Shown: in pieces, positions 1 through 8,627 of the stretch
How the letters are laid out: each line of letters starts with the position of its first letter
Position numbering within the stretch: position 1 is the stretch's first letter
Source of the DNA: Syntrophales bacterium
Lineage (GTDB): Bacteria > Desulfobacterota > Syntrophia > Syntrophales > UBA4778
DNA length: 64,000 nucleotides
Assembly: GCA_963665615.2 (NCBI GenBank)
Contig: CAXXQE010000008.1
Span: forward strand, 124,001-188,000
Direction of reading: 5' to 3'
Program-made: the position numbers and the translations under genes
The notes under the pieces: generated by a model
Told to the model about the DNA's origin: nothing
What the model saw: only the letters and a program-made list of their open reading frames with translations
Databases searched by the model: none

Positions 1-675
1 ATCGATTACCCATGAATAGTTGAATTGTTCATTGTGCCACGACTTTCTCAAGGCTTTACAGACAAACGCGCAGGCATTCTCCTCACTTTGAAGATAGGAC
101 TCAAAGCGCGAGACATCATACTGTACCCATCCCGCAGTATAATCACGACGTATTGGTTCCCACCCCTGTTTCGGATTGATTAAATCATCAATCGCTGCCT
201 TATCGAGCCAATCAGAAAGCTGATTCAAGATTTCACTTAATCCATCGCCCTCCTGATGCAAGAGGTCACTGAGAGAACCATCATAAATGCAAGGGGTGAT
301 AAAACGCTGCCGGTCCGAAATCACAATTGGATTAATGTGAGCGAACTTCCCATCAAAATCAGGCCGCAACAGAACTAAAGGGGCCTGATAGGGAAAGGCA
401 GGCGGAAACATAAATACAATGGGTTCCCATGCACGGACCCCCGTTGCGCTTTTACCCCTGGTATTAGCCCTGGATGGCAAGGACACTTTGATATCGAATT
501 CTATCTTGAATCCGCCATCGGGAAGCATCGTAAGATTGCGAAGAGGTTTCCTGACGCAGGGGTGAGACAAAATTAGTTTTTGAGCCGAAGCAGCCTCAAC
601 AGGAATGTGTTTACGTGATGCGTCAGATCTCCTCCTGTCACGCCCTCTTTTGAGAGCCTTCCTGTTTTTAACCAT
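1..675 (-). CDS. Prokaryotic E2 (UBC-like, Prok-E2_A type) domain protein, probably the N-terminus of a Cap2-like E2-E1(ThiF)(-JAB) fusion; truncated at window edge
   Basis: Not in the ORF track; translated by hand. ATG at 675 overlaps the MBL stop, and the frame is open to base 1: MVKNRKAL...GVRAWEPIVFMFPPAFPYQAPLVLLRPDF...HINP...PCIYDG...DWLDKAA...QGWEP. This has the E2 FP-x-x-FP-x-x-P motif, HIN and a candidate catalytic Cys. Confidence 0.8.
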   Translation of the reverse strand, partial: MVKNRKALKRGRDRRRSDASRKHIPVEAASAQKLILSHPCVRKPLRNLTMLPDGGFKIEFDIKVSLPSRANTRGKSATGVRAWEPIVFMFPPAFPYQAPLVLLRPDFDGKFAHINPIVISDRQRFITPCIYDGSLSDLLHQEGDGLSEILNQLSDWLDKAAIDDLINPKQGWEPIRRDYTAGWVQYDVSRFESYLQSEENACAFVCKALRKSWHNEQFNYSWVID

Positions 676-1840
676 GCCCCTTAGGCTCCCTGGTGCTACC
701 ATAAATTACGGCAGAACCGGTGATGGGTACACTCTTTTTCGAAGGAGATTGGAACCCTTCTTTAGAAACCGTAAAAGTGAGTGGTTCTTGGTTCTTTTCG
801 CTGGGATATTCTCCGGTGCAGTAGAACCTTTCCTCGTTTTTTTCAAGGATAGCGAGGTATTCTTTCTTCGCACCCCAACACGGTGGATCGTTCTTGTCGT
901 TTTTGATGGGCTTGCTGCTTGATATGATAAAACCACTTTCGCGGCACTGTGAAAGTGCAGATTTCGCGTCCGGATTTACTTGTGGGTCCTTACATTCGCT
1001 CCAACTATCATAGGAAAGGGTATGCCATGAGCAGTGGTGCGGAGCCAAGAGGAGATCATATTGAATTTCAGACAGATTATCTTTCTTTTTCTGCCATAGC
1101 TTTTCCCAAATATAGACCTCGGCATCACCGCCTGTTAGGAAAAGACAGGCATCTTCTATTCCAGCAGACTTGAAAGAAATCTGCATTATAACGCTTGAGT
1201 GGTTTTTTCTTAACTTTTCCTCTTCTGCCTCTTCCTGCAAAGGGAGCGGTCCCAAGACTCTCATAGAGGCATGCTGATTTGTCTTTCCATTAATACTGTT
1301 GAATTGCTCGTCTATTTTTGCAAGGATTGACTCCAGACCATCCGTTTTTCCGTTCTCATCCTCGCCAACGATGAGAATACGATCACCTTCGAGCGCAGAC
1401 TTTTTCTCTTTGAATATTTTCACCCGTCTTCTGGCCTCTGTGTTGAAACTTTTGGCATCCTCACACAATTGGTTGTTTTTGCTTGCCCTTCTGAACATCA
1501 TTGGAGATGACCACATCTCTCTGATAACTATTTTAAGTTCTTCTCCATCGGGCGGTTTATCATTGTAATCACTGAGAGGACCCATATGAAAATGTTTCTT
1601 TATACCTCTGCAGTGATCCTCATCAGCATGGCTGAGAAGGAACGCATCCACATAGGGTCGGTTATTGTCGTCATTCTTGAGCCTCTTCCTCAATTCCTTT
1701 ATAACGTTACAACTTGGGTCTTGATTGTTCTCAGCACGTTCCCGCAGATTAACATCAATCAATATGGTAGTATCATCGGCAAGAGTGATGAGGGTCATGT
1801 CCCCATTGTCAACAGGGAAAAATGTGATGGTTGATGCCAT
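668..1840 (-). CDS. Metallo-beta-lactamase-fold hydrolase (ComEC/Rec2-like) with a Gly-terminated tail
   Basis: FFPVDNGD, LIDVN, LSHADEDHCRG (HxDxDH variant), TGGDAE and APHHCS motifs; C-terminus ...GSTREPKGHG; GGAGG RBS upstream. Confidence 0.85.
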   Translation of the reverse strand: MASTITFFPVDNGDMTLITLADDTTILIDVNLRERAENNQDPSCNVIKELRKRLKNDDNNRPYVDAFLLSHADEDHCRGIKKHFHMGPLSDYNDKPPDGEELKIVIREMWSSPMMFRRASKNNQLCEDAKSFNTEARRRVKIFKEKKSALEGDRILIVGEDENGKTDGLESILAKIDEQFNSINGKTNQHASMRVLGPLPLQEEAEEEKLRKNHSSVIMQISFKSAGIEDACLFLTGGDAEVYIWEKLWQKKKDNLSEIQYDLLLAPHHCSWHTLSYDSWSECKDPQVNPDAKSALSQCRESGFIISSSKPIKNDKNDPPCWGAKKEYLAILEKNEERFYCTGEYPSEKNQEPLTFTVSKEGFQSPSKKSVPITGSAVIYGSTREPKGHG

Positions 1841-1872
1841 TTTACTGAACCTCCTATAACGCTGAATTGTCT

Positions 1873-2169
1873 TTAAGGTCTAATTCGCTTACTTTTTGAT
1901 AAGTTGGTTACGGTAACGTTCATTCCGCTCTGCTGCACTCGTTCAGCAGCCAAGGGCATATCATTTTGAGGAACACGTAAAATTTTCGATCTGTTTACTT
2001 GGGTAGAAAGACGAGAAAGGGCCTGGTCTATTTTACGAGCTTGACCACTTCTTTCAACTTCAATTGCGGAAGTACCCCGAATAGCATCGAGACGGCGATT
2101 TCCTGTAATTGGCACTTCAGTTCTTGCCGCACTACCTTTACCTGCCTTATGTGATCTACTTTCCGACAT
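1873..2169 (-). CDS. Small basic hypothetical protein (98 aa), possible PD-(D/E)xK nuclease fold
   Basis: Start moved to MSESRSH (ATG 2169, AGGAG RBS); TEVPITGNRRLDAIRGTSAIEVERSG resembles the E...RxD...IEVE pattern; first gene of the operon. Confidence 0.6.
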   Translation of the reverse strand: MSESRSHKAGKGSAARTEVPITGNRRLDAIRGTSAIEVERSGQARKIDQALSRLSTQVNRSKILRVPQNDMPLAAERVQQSGMNVTVTNLSKSKRIRP

Positions 2170-2245
2170 AATTTTCTCCTTTCTAAATTTCATAATGGTT
2201 TGTCCCTGGTTCGATAACTTTTCGCTTTACATTCTCAGGTGGGAA

Positions 2246-2300
2246 TAATATATGTACGTATATTAACTATGTCAATATACTTTTTTTATCGATATAGTTA
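2246..2300 (-). promoter_or_regulatory. Sigma70 promoter of the MBL/E2 operon overlapped by palindromic operators
   Basis: Minus strand TTGACA (2275-2270), N17, TATATT (2252-2247). Near-palindrome TAATATATGTACGTATATTA at 2246-2265. Inverted repeat TAACTATGTCAATA-N9-TATCGATATAGTTA at 2264-2300 (12/14 match). Confidence 0.7.
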
Positions 2301-2345
2301 TTTTATTTATTGTTGCATGCTATTTCAATAACTTAGGAGGGTTTC

Positions 2346-3197
2346 ATGAGCTGGAGCGTCCAACGTCGCCTTGAATTTATTGATTTTCGCCTTTATTGGG
2401 AAGGGCGCATAAACCGAAAAGATCTTACCGATTTCTTTGATATTTCAATCCCTCAAGCATCTGCTGACCTTAAAACATACCAGTTAAAGGCTCCCCAGAA
2501 TATCGAATACGACAAAAGCGGAAAGTTCTATTTTGCCACTAAACAATTCAAGCCTGTCTTCAAAGTCATTGATTCGTCTCATTATTTTTCTCAATTACGC
2601 CTGATTTTTAATAAAGTCCTAAATAAAGAGGAATCATTCCTAGGTATGGTACCAAGTTTCGACTCAATACCGAGCGTTGCAAGAGTCGTAGATTCCGAGA
2701 TTCTCAGGAATATTCTTAAGGGCATTAACGAAAAGATGTCCATGGAAATCAATTACCAATCGATGAGCCGGGATAAACCAATCTGGCGAAAGATAGTGCC
2801 ACATACCCTCGCATATGATGGATTTCGATGGCACATCCGGGCGTACTGCTATATTCACAATGATTTCAGAGACTTTCTGCTTGTTAGAATACTAGAGCTA
2901 AGAAATTTGCAGTCCGCTGCAATTGATCCGTCTGCAGATAGTCGTTGGAATAACATCGTTGAGGTTAAAATAGAACCCCATCCAGGCTTATCAGATGCCC
3001 AAAAAAAGATCATCGAAAGGGATTATGATATGAAAAATGGAGTTGGGGTTCTAAAAGTCAGAGCAGCTCTCTATTTTTATCTTGAAAAACATTTAGGGCT
3101 GGACAAAGGATGTTCATTACGGCCAGCTCATGAACAGCAAATAGTCTTGGCAAATAGAGACGAAATCGAAGGACTTATGACGCGATACAATTCTTAA
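2346..3197 (+). CDS. capW: WYL-domain transcriptional regulator, CapW-like (wHTH-WYL-WCX)
   Basis: QRRLEFIDFRLYWEGRINRKDL..FDISIPQASADL wHTH; YQSMS..WRKIVPHTLAYDGFRWHIRAYC..FRDFLLVRI WYL core; divergent from a defence-type operon; GGAGG RBS. Confidence 0.85.
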   Translation: MSWSVQRRLEFIDFRLYWEGRINRKDLTDFFDISIPQASADLKTYQLKAPQNIEYDKSGKFYFATKQFKPVFKVIDSSHYFSQLRLIFNKVLNKEESFLGMVPSFDSIPSVARVVDSEILRNILKGINEKMSMEINYQSMSRDKPIWRKIVPHTLAYDGFRWHIRAYCYIHNDFRDFLLVRILELRNLQSAAIDPSADSRWNNIVEVKIEPHPGLSDAQKKIIERDYDMKNGVGVLKVRAALYFYLEKHLGLDKGCSLRPAHEQQIVLANRDEIEGLMTRYNS

Positions 3198-3242
3198 GTG
3201 ACTGTTTGCAGTAACAGCAGGTTACCAATCTACAATCTTTGT

Positions 3243-3279
3243 CATCAACCAAGGGCGGCAGCGCCGCCCTTGGTTGATG
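3243..3279. terminator. Perfect 17-bp hairpin between convergent units, probable terminator
   Basis: CATCAACCAAGGGCGGC-AGC-GCCGCCCTTGGTTGATG, 45 bp after the WYL gene stop. Confidence 0.6.
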
Positions 3280-3284
3280 CTGAT

Positions 3285-3563
3285 TCACTCCTTTTGTTGC
3301 AAGTTCATCACCATAAGAAAAATCTCCCGATCCGTCATGGAATGCCGGAAAGTGCCCATGATGTCTAAGGAGTTCTTCAAGAACAGATTCGCGCTCCTCT
3401 TGTTGTCCAAATGAACGGTGTAACAGACCAGCGGTGCGAATATCTTTTTCAGGGCTTCCTCCAAGAGGAACCTCCGACACCGCTCGCCCTGTATTCTTTT
3501 TGACCAAGTAATGGCCTGGGTAGTAAAGGTGGCGTCGCTCCTGAAAACATTTTTGACTTTCCG
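3285..3563 (-). pseudogene. Probable GNAT acetyltransferase remnant lacking a start codon
   Basis: Hand translation ...KRIQGERCRRFLLEEALKKIFAPLVCYTVHLDNKRSANLFLKNSLDIMG...KE* resembles decayed GNAT motifs A/B; in-frame TAG immediately upstream. Confidence 0.4.
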
Positions 3564-3751
3564 AACCTACAGTTGGAATCATGAGTCACTGTTTCCGGAA
3601 TCGATATCGAGCGGACCCGTCGAGTCCACTGTGAGATGATTGCTTTGAAATTGCCTCAGGCTTATGCCTTAAAGATATTGAAATATGTCCCTGCCTGAAG
3701 ATAACGAGTATTTATCAACTGGCAGGAGCAACGGGGAAGCTCCCAAGTCAT

Positions 3752-4018
3752 CTACAGGGATTCCTTGAGCGCTTTGGCAGGTGAGAACCGGACGGTCTTG
3801 CTGGCCTTGATCTTGATGGCTTCGCCGGTTCGAGGATTTCTGCCCTTTCTGGCTGCCCTCTTGACGGTCTTGAAGCTTCCGAAACCGGCCAACTGGAATC
3901 CGCCTTCCTTCTTGAGGCTCTTCTTGATTTCGCCGAGAATGCAGTCGAGTGCACCTTCGGCCGATTTCTTGGAACCCGTTACCTTGGCGATCTGATCGAG
4001 CAAATCCTTTTTCGTCAT
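3752..4018 (-). CDS. hup: HU family DNA-binding protein
   Basis: MTKKDLL...GFGSFKTVKRAARKGRNPRTGEAIKIKASKTVRFSPAKALKE; AGGAG RBS supports start 4018. Confidence 0.95.
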   Translation of the reverse strand: MTKKDLLDQIAKVTGSKKSAEGALDCILGEIKKSLKKEGGFQLAGFGSFKTVKRAARKGRNPRTGEAIKIKASKTVRFSPAKALKESL

Positions 4019-4088
4019 AGTCATAACTCCTTCTGTTTTATTTTTATGAAGCCCATCCGGCTCCATTGGTGTATCAAGGCGTAACCGC

Positions 4089-4592
4089 TTATTCAGCTAG
4101 CTTTTTATTCAGCGCCATGGCCATGAAGGCCTCTCGGGGACGCTTCGATCCGATATATGACATGAAGCAGTCGTTCAATTTGAATGAGACGTCAAAGGGA
4201 GAAATCTCCGTTTCGGTCAAATGGACCTTGGCCATAAATGCCAGTTCATTCATGGACCCGGTGACCGATCGATTCAAGGGCGTTGCAAAGGTGAACTTGC
4301 CCATTGAAGGCGCAACGAATTTCCTGAAGATGAATTCGTTGCCGTCCTCACGGAGGAAGTCCCCGATGTATTGTGTGACCCTGTCGAGAAAACGATGGTC
4401 TTCTGATATGCCCTTCCCGAACATCACCATTGAATAGAGGGAGTCCGTATTGGAGATGAGGATATACTGGACCCGATCAGCCGTAAACAGATGGGCGGTC
4501 CAGTCTGCATAGGGATTCGGATCGGCGGGACAAGACCGTTCAGGCGTGACCTTGATCTTCTTTGCCAATTTGTTCGTCAAACGGAAAATCAT
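4089..4592 (-). CDS. Conserved hypothetical protein (DUF6933-like)
   Basis: MIFRLTNKLAKKIK...NPYADWTAHLF...NRSVTGSMNE resembles the DUF6933 pattern (from memory). Confidence 0.6.
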   Translation of the reverse strand: MIFRLTNKLAKKIKVTPERSCPADPNPYADWTAHLFTADRVQYILISNTDSLYSMVMFGKGISEDHRFLDRVTQYIGDFLREDGNEFIFRKFVAPSMGKFTFATPLNRSVTGSMNELAFMAKVHLTETEISPFDVSFKLNDCFMSYIGSKRPREAFMAMALNKKLAE

Positions 4593-5130
4593 TCTTTAAA
4601 AAGCCATTGGGCAATCTCAATTTACGTATCGTTTTCAGCAGGCTCATCTCTTAGCATGGAACATTTGGAGGTGCAAAATAAATCCGTCTGCACTTCAGGC
4701 CTGCATATGCTTGTGAACAGGGTGAGAAGACAAGAATGCCGAATGAAGATTATGATAGATCCCGCCCTGGTCGGGCCTGATAGAATTGCCGGTCTGCCCG
4801 ACATTCCGGTGTGGACCTTCATTTACGTGCAGACCGGCAATACAATCAGTCTCCTCCGATGAGTCGAAATCGCCTCCAGACAAGCTGGCTGCGATATCGA
4901 GCTTCTTTTTTCCCGCCCTTATATCTGATCTGAGAAAATGATGAGTTTTTGAAAGGTGAAAAGCAGCACCCGTCACGCCATCACTGCGTTCTGTCATGCC
5001 CAGTGCAGGCTTTTATTCCTGGAGATCATCATTTTGGTTCGTTCTTTTTTTCGCCCCCCTTGTTTCGGCAGTGAAAGGGGAGGTCGAAAAAAAATGGCTT
5101 TTTATGGCCAGAATTGGAGGACGACCGAAG

Positions 5131-5547
5131 ATGATCATTGCCGAGCACACGAGACAGAAAGTCAATTCCGCGGAGGCCGTTGAAAGAATTTTGAGGCCGA
5201 TATTGCAAGCTGAGCATGAGATAGATCAAGATAAGGAACATTTCTGGGTGATCGGTTTGGACGTGAAGAATCAGGTCAAATACATCGATCTGGTTTCGCT
5301 TGGAATTCTCACAGCCACGTTGATAGCGCCTCGTGAGGTATTCAGGCTAGCCGTGATCAAGGCAATAGATAGAATCGTGGTTGGGCACAATCATCCTTCT
5401 GGTGAGACGGCTCCCTCGACCGAAGACCTTCAAATAACCAAGACCCTTGTCGAGGCCGGCAAGATAATCGGAATCAAAGTTCTTGATCATGTGATCATCG
5501 GAAACAGTTCCGGATATTACAGCATGAACGCGAATGGGCAAATATAA
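5131..5547 (+). CDS. radC: RadC-like JAB/MPN domain protein (short mobile-element form)
   Basis: EHFWVIGLD, PREVFR, GHNHPSGETAPSTED and VLDHVIIG motifs; GGAGG RBS before ATG 5131. Confidence 0.9.
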   Translation: MIIAEHTRQKVNSAEAVERILRPILQAEHEIDQDKEHFWVIGLDVKNQVKYIDLVSLGILTATLIAPREVFRLAVIKAIDRIVVGHNHPSGETAPSTEDLQITKTLVEAGKIIGIKVLDHVIIGNSSGYYSMNANGQI

Positions 5548-5772
5548 GATTTTCAGCATGGTTTAATTCCTCTCAGTGGCAAGACGGTGGAGTTTTGGAA
5601 TTCCCTCAGCATACAATTACAGTAGGACATTATGGATTTCGTCTAAAAAGAGTGATAACAATCTTTCAAACTTAATAAACCTTGGGTTGGGGATATTGTC
5701 CCGAAATGACTTCGGCGCTTTTGGATTTAATGACCAGATAAGAAACCACCGCTACTCTGTTCGGAGAAATTT

Positions 5773-6360
5773 ATGAAACGAGTGTTGTTGTTATTATGCA
5801 AAGGCTTTGAAATGTATGAAGCTGCTGCCTTTTATGACGTTTTGGGCTGGTCCGGAGAATACGGTTCGGAAGCAGTGAAAGTGATTACTGTCGGTCTCCA
5901 GAAGGAAGTTCAAGGAACATTTGGAATCAAGGTGATTTCAGATCGACTTTTATCGGAAGCGCGAGCAGAAGATTATGATGCGTTGGCTATTCCGGGAGGA
6001 TTTGAAACCCATGGCTACTATGAGGAAGCGTATTCTATTCCCGTAGCCGATCTTATCCGCTCTTTTAATGAACAAGAGAAACCACTAGCGTCAATTTGTG
6101 TTGGCGCGCTTCCCATAGCCAACAGCGGAATTCTCAAAGGACGGCAAGCAACCACGTATCATTTGCGTGATGGGGTACGGCGGAAACAACTTGCAAGCTT
6201 CGGCGTTGATGTCGTTGATAAACCCATTGTGTGTGATGGGAACGTTATTACTTCGACGTCGCCGGCAACGGCTATGGAGGTTGCATTCGAACTCCTGGCA
6301 AAAATAACCAGTAAAAAGAATGCGGAACATATCAGGCAGAATATGGGCTTTAAAACATAG
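5773..6360 (+). CDS. DJ-1/PfpI family protein
   Basis: GFEMYE, DALAIPGG, ASICVGA (catalytic Cys), DGNVITS motifs. Confidence 0.9.
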   Translation: MKRVLLLLCKGFEMYEAAAFYDVLGWSGEYGSEAVKVITVGLQKEVQGTFGIKVISDRLLSEARAEDYDALAIPGGFETHGYYEEAYSIPVADLIRSFNEQEKPLASICVGALPIANSGILKGRQATTYHLRDGVRRKQLASFGVDVVDKPIVCDGNVITSTSPATAMEVAFELLAKITSKKNAEHIRQNMGFKT

Positions 6361-6417
6361 CCCTTACAAAATGAGTTCGAAAAAGCATGATCATTTCGTG
6401 TTCGGTAATGCGATGAT

Positions 6418-7473
6418 ATGAAAATAAGAGATCTTGGATTTGACCAATGGTTTGATGCCCATGCCGCTTCGCTCCACCAGGAGGGCTCCGGCTTTGCCCG
6501 CATATCAGCAGTTGACCGCGGCGCATATCTTATAAAGAACGAATCCGGAGAAGTCCCGGCTGAATTGACTGGGAAGCTTTCTTATTGCATTGAAAATCCG
6601 GTCGATCTACCGTGTGTCGGAGATTGGGTGACGGCACAGTTTTATAACAACGATACGGCGGCGATCATCCATCAGGTGTTTCCGAGGAAGACGTACCTGC
6701 GACGCAAAGCGGCGGGTAAAACTATCGATTACCAGATGATTGCTGCCAACATAGATACCGCTTTTATTGTTCAGTCGTGTCATTTTGATTTTAACCCGCA
6801 CCGTTTGGAGCGGTACCTCGTGATGGCTGCGGACGGGCATGTTGAACCGATTGTCCTACTGACGAAAACGGATTTAATCTCCCATGATGAATTGGAGCAG
6901 AAGATTGCTGCCATCGGCGCTATCACCAAAGCAAAAGTGATCGGGCTCAGCAACGTCACCGGCAGCGGATTTGATGAATTTCAACAGACGCTGTCTCCTT
7001 CGAAGACATACTGCCTGCTTGGTTCATCAGGCGTTGGGAAGACGACGCTCATCAACCGTTTGATCGGCCGGGAAGCCTTTCACACAAAAGCCGTCAGTGT
7101 TACGGGAGAAGGCACCCATACAACCACCCGTCGGCAGCTCATCGTTCTGAAACATGGCGCGATGTTGATCGACACGCCGGGCATGAGAGAGCTGGGCCTT
7201 GTTGGCGTCGGTGAAGGCGTCGACATGGGGTTCGAAGAATTTGTCGCACTTTCGGCAAAGTGTCGCTATGCGAATTGCAGCCACGAACGCGAGCCGGGTT
7301 GCGCCATTCGAGACGCGGTCGAAAATGGTGAATTATCTGAAGAGCGCTATTCAAGTTATATCAAACTCAAAAAAGAATCAGAGTACAATGAGCTGTCCTA
7401 TCTGGACAGGCGAAAAAAGGACAAGGCTTTTGGACGATTTATCAAATCGGCGAAAAAACAGATGAAGGACTGA
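6418..7473 (+). CDS. rsgA: Ribosome small subunit-dependent GTPase A homolog
   Basis: VGDWV, AANID, TKTDL, GSSGVGKTT, HTTT, IDTPGMRE and Zn finger CRYANCSHEREPGC. Confidence 0.92.
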   Translation: MKIRDLGFDQWFDAHAASLHQEGSGFARISAVDRGAYLIKNESGEVPAELTGKLSYCIENPVDLPCVGDWVTAQFYNNDTAAIIHQVFPRKTYLRRKAAGKTIDYQMIAANIDTAFIVQSCHFDFNPHRLERYLVMAADGHVEPIVLLTKTDLISHDELEQKIAAIGAITKAKVIGLSNVTGSGFDEFQQTLSPSKTYCLLGSSGVGKTTLINRLIGREAFHTKAVSVTGEGTHTTTRRQLIVLKHGAMLIDTPGMRELGLVGVGEGVDMGFEEFVALSAKCRYANCSHEREPGCAIRDAVENGELSEERYSSYIKLKKESEYNELSYLDRRKKDKAFGRFIKSAKKQMKD

Positions 7474-7583
7474 AAAGCGAGCGTTAAATGCACGAATCCA
7501 ACGGCCGGCTTTCTGCCATCGCTGAGCTGGACAACAACAAATAATATATTCATTCACGACGTGAACCTGATAAGGAGTAAGCC

Positions 7584-8471
7584 ATGCCTCATGTGACGAC
7601 TAATGGAATTCAGATCGAGTACGATACGTTCGGTGATCGTTCTTGCCCGGCATTGTTATTGATTGCCGGCAATGGTGCCCAACTGAACTTCTGGGATGCA
7701 GCGTTTTGCGAATTGTTGGCAAATTCGGGGCTCTTTGTGATTCGTTTTGACAATCGCGATGCAGGCCTTTCCACCAAATTTGATGAAACCGGCATCCCTG
7801 ACTTTCCGGCTGCAATCAAGGCACTGATGGAAGGCAAGCCCGTCCAATCAGCCTATTCACTTGACGACATGGCGAATGACGCCGTGGGATTGCTGGATGC
7901 CATAGGCATAGAGAAGGCACATATCTGCGGCGCTTCAATGGGCGGTATGATCGCCCAGATTATCGCCTATAGGCACCCGGAACATGTTTTGAGTCTCACA
8001 TCAATCATGTCCATGACGGGAAATCCCGAACTCCCGCAGGGCAACCCGGATGCGCTTGCTGCTGTTATGGCGCCTCCACCGGAGGAACGCGACGCGTATA
8101 TCGAACACACCATGAATGTATGGCGGAAGATTTGGAGTCCAGGATTTCCCTTTGAGGGAAAGAGAGCTCGCATGTTCATAGAGGAGAGCTATGATCGCTC
8201 GTACTATCCGCAGGGAGCGATACGTCAAAACATCGCTATTCTTGCCAATGGAGATCGCAGAGCGCTGCTTTCGTCTGTCAAGGCTCCTACGCTTGTCATT
8301 CATGGGGCAAACGATCCGCTCATACCGGTTGAGGCGGGCAGAGACACGGCCAGGGCGATACCGGGCGCAAGTTTATTGATCATCGATGGTATGGGGCATG
8401 ACATGCCCAAAGGAGCTTGGCCGGAAATAGTAGACGCGATTTCCAGACATGCGATGAAGGCAAACGATTGA
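7584..8471 (+). CDS. Alpha/beta-fold hydrolase
   Basis: RFDNRDAGLS, GASMGG nucleophile elbow, HGANDPL, GMGHD. Confidence 0.92.
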   Translation: MPHVTTNGIQIEYDTFGDRSCPALLLIAGNGAQLNFWDAAFCELLANSGLFVIRFDNRDAGLSTKFDETGIPDFPAAIKALMEGKPVQSAYSLDDMANDAVGLLDAIGIEKAHICGASMGGMIAQIIAYRHPEHVLSLTSIMSMTGNPELPQGNPDALAAVMAPPPEERDAYIEHTMNVWRKIWSPGFPFEGKRARMFIEESYDRSYYPQGAIRQNIAILANGDRRALLSSVKAPTLVIHGANDPLIPVEAGRDTARAIPGASLLIIDGMGHDMPKGAWPEIVDAISRHAMKAND

Positions 8472-8627
8472 ACTGCTCTTTAATCCGGTAGTGAGTGCAC
8501 GCTCGCCTGTGCTTGCGGCACGGGAAAAAGATCGGATCATGTTTGAACTCTACCGTAAGGATCGGCGGCGCTCATGTGCGTAGGGATGCCCTCCTGTAAA
8601 GTTAAGCCTAAAGCTCACTCATACTGG

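Noticed and set aside
3175..3582. 135-aa minus-strand ORF from the track
   Set aside because: It runs through the terminator hairpin into the WYL gene; a different frame gives the more plausible GNAT remnant
7474..8627. attC-like remnants after rsgA and the hydrolase gene, suggesting decayed integron cassettes
   Set aside because: No paired RYYYAAC/GTTRRRY boxes with a foldable core, and no integron integrase in the window
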